From NCBI GenBank assembly GCA_963675295.2, contig CAXXKJ010000002.1:352001-416000 (forward strand): 64,000 bases of DNA, given 5' to 3'. Position numbers and translations under genes: made by a program. Positions 60,521 to 64,000 of the stretch are shown here, piece by piece. The DNA is from a bacterium. GTDB lineage: Bacteria > Electryoneota > Electryoneia > Electryoneales > Electryoneaceae. Positions within the stretch are counted from its first letter, which is position 1, and every line of letters starts with the position of its first letter. Below the pieces are notes generated by a model. That model saw only the letters and a program-made list of their open reading frames with translations. It was not told the DNA's origin and made no database searches.

Positions 60521-60667
60521 GTGCCCCAGACATTCATGTCTGGGCTCTTCCACCCGTTCAATACCCTATGCCCGCTGGAGCTTCCGTATGCTACCGCGGC
60601 TCATCCACCATCGAACAGAATGGTGACAATCACGTGCCCCTGATGGCTCCGCCAGCAGGGCTCATCT
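60521..60667 (+). repeat. Array of 3 REP-like hairpins (B, E, A)
   Basis: Units at 60521, 60568 and 60634. Confidence 0.9.
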
Positions 60668-60782
60668 GACTTTCCCCCACGAGCGCAAATCGGCGTACAG
60701 GTTCGATGTCTGTTCCGGAATTATCCCACGACTGGTTTTTCTCTGCTATATTACTGACAATCGCACTCAGGAGGACGATCCA

Positions 60783-62528
60783 ATGAAACGCATCACCGCC
60801 ACGCTTCTCGCCCTGTTCGTGATCCCCTTGTTTCTACCTACAGTCACCTACGCCGACTTCGCCGAACTCGCCTGGTCACAAGCGTTCTTTGTCGAGGACG
60901 GCCGAGATGTCGCCGAAAAAGTGACCGACACAACAAGCGGTCAAACAATCGTTGTTGGCCAGGGCCGGTTGCCGGACGGTGTCGAAATGCTGTGCCTTAC
61001 ATACATTTCCGAGGGGGGTGAATTTGAGCACACGCAGTATGCCGGCCTTTGGTATGAGGATGAGTACGCGGATTTTGGCATCATGGAGCTGACTTGGGAT
61101 CTGAACAGCGGGGTGTTTGCTATCTATGCCGCGGACCTCGGCGCGTGGTTTCCAACTTACTATTATACCGCAAGACTTAATCCCGGTGGCAATCCGAGAG
61201 AACTAACCTACTACGATGGTCTTTCCGTACGGGATATGGTAACCAATAGTGAGGGATATACGATCCTGATGGAAGAAATGTCCTTTGCCAGCGATCATAC
61301 TGTAGAACTTTATCACTACAACCCGACTTCACAGCGAACCTGGCATCGCCAACTCGCTGATTGGGGGCAAAATACACGTGCGTATGGCACAGCGCAGTTT
61401 AGCTCAGAAACACAGCCCCACGCCGCAGTACTTAGCACCGAGGGGATCCACCTCTTCACATCATCGGGCGATTCAATCCGCCATATCGCGCGAGACTCAT
61501 TCCTCGAAGCAAGGAACATTCTTCCCGGCCCGCACGGTACAGCTTACCTCATTGAGGACGAATCGTTAGCAAAAATTTCACCACAGGGCGAAATCCTCTG
61601 GCGTCGCGACGGGTACGACTGGGACGGTCCGTTAGACCAGATATTCGCTTTGCCTGAATTCGGGATTGTCAACGTTGACTATGAAGATGCCACTCTCCGT
61701 GTCTACCTGTACAATTTGAACGGGACGCGCCTGCTCCATACGTCAATTCACGTGTCAGGCTACCATCGGTGGTGGGATCTTCATGACGTCAGGCCGACGA
61801 TTGACCAGCGCGGTTTTGTCTACTGTGGTAGCCAGGATCGGGTAAACGGTCGCGTTGGCAAGATTCAGATGAATCCGGTCAGCGTAAATGTCGTACACTA
61901 TGGGGACACTCCTGAAATCCCGCATGAAGGCGGCTCACTGCAGCTGCACACCGTCATGCTCAACCTGGCAGATCCCCTTACCGTGGACGCCTGGATTGAT
62001 ATCGAATACCTGCCAACTGGCGAAACGACAACGCTGTTGGTCGAAGAAGGGTTGACATTGCCGCATGGCAAGCGGACGCGAAACCCATCGATCCAGATTC
62101 CATCGGACATGCCAACAGGAGAATACCGTGCGCATGTCATGATTGGCGATTATCTGGCTGGCCCCATAAACCGGTCCAGCCTGCGCTTTACCAAGACAAA
62201 TGACGGCGGCGATCTGGTGGAAGAGAGGGTTGCCGGTGCTGACTCGGCAATCCAGCAGCAATCGTCCGGTGAGCTGCTGGATGATGTTCACCCGAACCCG
62301 TTCAACGCGACCACATCCTGCACGGTCAAGTTGAATCAAGCCGGTCAACTTCGAGTTGCGATCTTTGACGTGCTGGGCCGCGAGGTGGCGAACCTGGCGG
62401 ACGGTTCCTTTCAGGCAGGCCGTCACACGTTCACCTGGGACGCAAACCCCTATCCAACCGGCATGTACCTGCTCCGGGTTTCGACTGCTTCGCTGACAGA
62501 GGTACACAAGCTACTGCTACAGAAGTAA
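60783..62528 (+). CDS. Secreted protein with T9SS-like CTD
   Basis: AGGAGG RBS; signal peptide; CTD HPNPFNATT...TGMYLLRV...KLLLQK. Confidence 0.85.
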   Translation: MKRITATLLALFVIPLFLPTVTYADFAELAWSQAFFVEDGRDVAEKVTDTTSGQTIVVGQGRLPDGVEMLCLTYISEGGEFEHTQYAGLWYEDEYADFGIMELTWDLNSGVFAIYAADLGAWFPTYYYTARLNPGGNPRELTYYDGLSVRDMVTNSEGYTILMEEMSFASDHTVELYHYNPTSQRTWHRQLADWGQNTRAYGTAQFSSETQPHAAVLSTEGIHLFTSSGDSIRHIARDSFLEARNILPGPHGTAYLIEDESLAKISPQGEILWRRDGYDWDGPLDQIFALPEFGIVNVDYEDATLRVYLYNLNGTRLLHTSIHVSGYHRWWDLHDVRPTIDQRGFVYCGSQDRVNGRVGKIQMNPVSVNVVHYGDTPEIPHEGGSLQLHTVMLNLADPLTVDAWIDIEYLPTGETTTLLVEEGLTLPHGKRTRNPSIQIPSDMPTGEYRAHVMIGDYLAGPINRSSLRFTKTNDGGDLVEERVAGADSAIQQQSSGELLDDVHPNPFNATTSCTVKLNQAGQLRVAIFDVLGREVANLADGSFQAGRHTFTWDANPYPTGMYLLRVSTASLTEVHKLLLQK

Positions 62529-62549
62529 TTACACCCCATCGTCCCCACC

Positions 62550-62587
62550 AAAAAAAACGCGCCCGGTGGATAATCGACCAGACGCGT
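62550..62587 (-). terminator. Terminator between convergent CTD genes
   Basis: ACGCG.C.GGT...ACCAGACGCGT stem with A8 on the left. Confidence 0.65.
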
Positions 62588-62611
62588 AATGTCTCCTGAC
62601 ACGAAGCGGCA

Positions 62612-64000
62612 TCACTTCATCAACAACATCTTGTGATGCAGTGGAGCGCCCCCTTCACGCGCCACCTGCAGCACGTAGATCCCGCTCGCCCAGGAACTGG
62701 CATCGATAGTAAACTGGTGCCGGCCGGACATGTACCGCCCGTCGGCGAGGGTCGCGACCCGTTTGCCGAGCACGTTGTACACGTGCACCCGCAACGTCGT
62801 CGCCTGCTCGAGGTTCACCGTCACCACCGTGATCCCGTTGAACGGATTTGGCTGTGACGTCACCGCAAGGCCGTCCTCCCGTGACGCGCGCACATCAACT
62901 CCGTCCGCCGTCACCGGCCAACCGTGGAATGTCCACTCGTCCAGCCCGGCGAGCGTCGCTGCTCCGGCCAGTTTCTCGAACGTGAACGACCCCATCGCGG
63001 TGTATTCACCAAGCAGATCTTCCACATGCGCGCGATACGTGTACGTGCCCGCCGGAGCCGATCCCGGCACATTCTGGCTCAAATTGTCCGCCTGGAACAC
63101 CTGCCCCGGTTCAAGGTGCAGCACCGGTGCCTGCACCAGCGGTCCGTACGGGTTGCCATTAGGCAGCAGCGCATCGGTCCACGCATCCAGATCGAGCGCG
63201 TCGTCTGTCTGGTTTTCGATGGTCACATCAAACGAGATCGGCCCGCCATTCGCCGGCACGATAATCGGATCGTTATGCGGGAACAGGGTGACCACCAGCT
63301 CGCCGGGCTCGGTCAACGATTCCAGCGTGTCCGTCACCGCCTGCATCGTAACCGGTGCCGACATGCCATGATCCAGCCAGTACTGGTACAGATTGTCGCC
63401 GTCGTCCGTGGTCGTGTTTTCGTCCCGCAGGAACTCGATGTATTCCTTGCTCGTCGTCTGGTACAGCAATTTCGTCTCGACCAGTGCGGTTTCGTCCGGC
63501 AACGTATACGTCGTCACGTCCCAGTATTGCCCGTCCGGATAACTGTAGTCTACCACCGGCGAACCGACCGCTTCCAATCCCGCGTTCGTGAACCCGCGCG
63601 GCGGAATCCGGTTGTCCTTGTAGACCGTGTCGTTCAGCACGAAGTGGAAGCTCGGTCCCGCCGGAATGTTCACCACCGGGCTCAGGCCGGTCGAAATCCC
63701 CGGTTTGATCTCGTAGATCTTCGCGTCATCATCGTGAATCAGGTCGGCGGTCGCGTCGATGTACTCGCCGGAAACGTAAATCTGCTCGCCATACTCATCG
63801 TACGCCCGCACCTGCAGCCACATCCGCCGCCCTTCCGGGAAGCCGGACGGCAGCTTGTGCCCGGTTTCATTGCTCGCGTTGACCTGCAGCTCGTACGAGT
63901 CGTTAACCTCCGTAACCTCTGTCGTCATCGACGCTGCCAGCTGCAGCATCATCGTTGCTCGCTGGACGCCGGCGTTCAACGCGGCCACATTCGCCTCACC
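62612..64000 (-). CDS. Secreted protein with T9SS-like CTD, C-terminal part (runs off window end); resembles the tail of multiheme cytochromes
   Basis: NETGHKLPSGFPEGRRMWL and KDNRIPPRGF motifs; CTD QPNPFN...ASGIYVL...KMLLMK. Confidence 0.75.
   Translation of the reverse strand, partial: GEANVAALNAGVQRATMMLQLAASMTTEVTEVNDSYELQVNASNETGHKLPSGFPEGRRMWLQVRAYDEYGEQIYVSGEYIDATADLIHDDDAKIYEIKPGISTGLSPVVNIPAGPSFHFVLNDTVYKDNRIPPRGFTNAGLEAVGSPVVDYSYPDGQYWDVTTYTLPDETALVETKLLYQTTSKEYIEFLRDENTTTDDGDNLYQYWLDHGMSAPVTMQAVTDTLESLTEPGELVVTLFPHNDPIIVPANGGPISFDVTIENQTDDALDLDAWTDALLPNGNPYGPLVQAPVLHLEPGQVFQADNLSQNVPGSAPAGTYTYRAHVEDLLGEYTAMGSFTFEKLAGAATLAGLDEWTFHGWPVTADGVDVRASREDGLAVTSQPNPFNGITVVTVNLEQATTLRVHVYNVLGKRVATLADGRYMSGRHQFTIDASSWASGIYVLQVAREGGAPLHHKMLLMK

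Noticed and set aside
1-64000. tRNA, rRNA, IS transposase or prophage genes
   Set aside because: None recognised by eye or in the ORF track. tRNAscan-SE, Infernal and ISEScan would be needed to exclude them formally.

Overview
A 64-kb GC-rich bacterial chromosomal segment. The many T9SS/FlgD-like C-terminal sorting domains, eukaryote-type GlyRS, DUF2723 and C25 peptidase suggest an FCB-superphylum lineage; that taxonomy is inference. Most genes are housekeeping (pepA, panD, glyQS, pyrF/pyrE, rlmN, mfd, hutU, accA, rfbD, purE), glycosylation genes, or one of six secreted CTD-bearing proteins, one of which is frameshifted. No rRNA, tRNA, CRISPR array or transposase was seen. Three features stand out. 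(1) Roughly 45-50 short hairpin elements in about 15 clusters share RTGCCC...Y(A/T)ATCC borders around at least seven interchangeable stems. They are almost all on the same strand regardless of gene direction, and one three-unit cluster is translated in frame inside a membrane glycosyltransferase. (2) A HEPN Abi_2/AbiF-family gene is preceded by a consensus sigma70 promoter and a structured ~55-nt leader RNA, a candidate RNA-antitoxin/toxin module. (3) An AT-rich two-gene insert sits 3 nt behind the accA stop codon. All calls come from reading the sequence and ORF track; no searches or computations were run.
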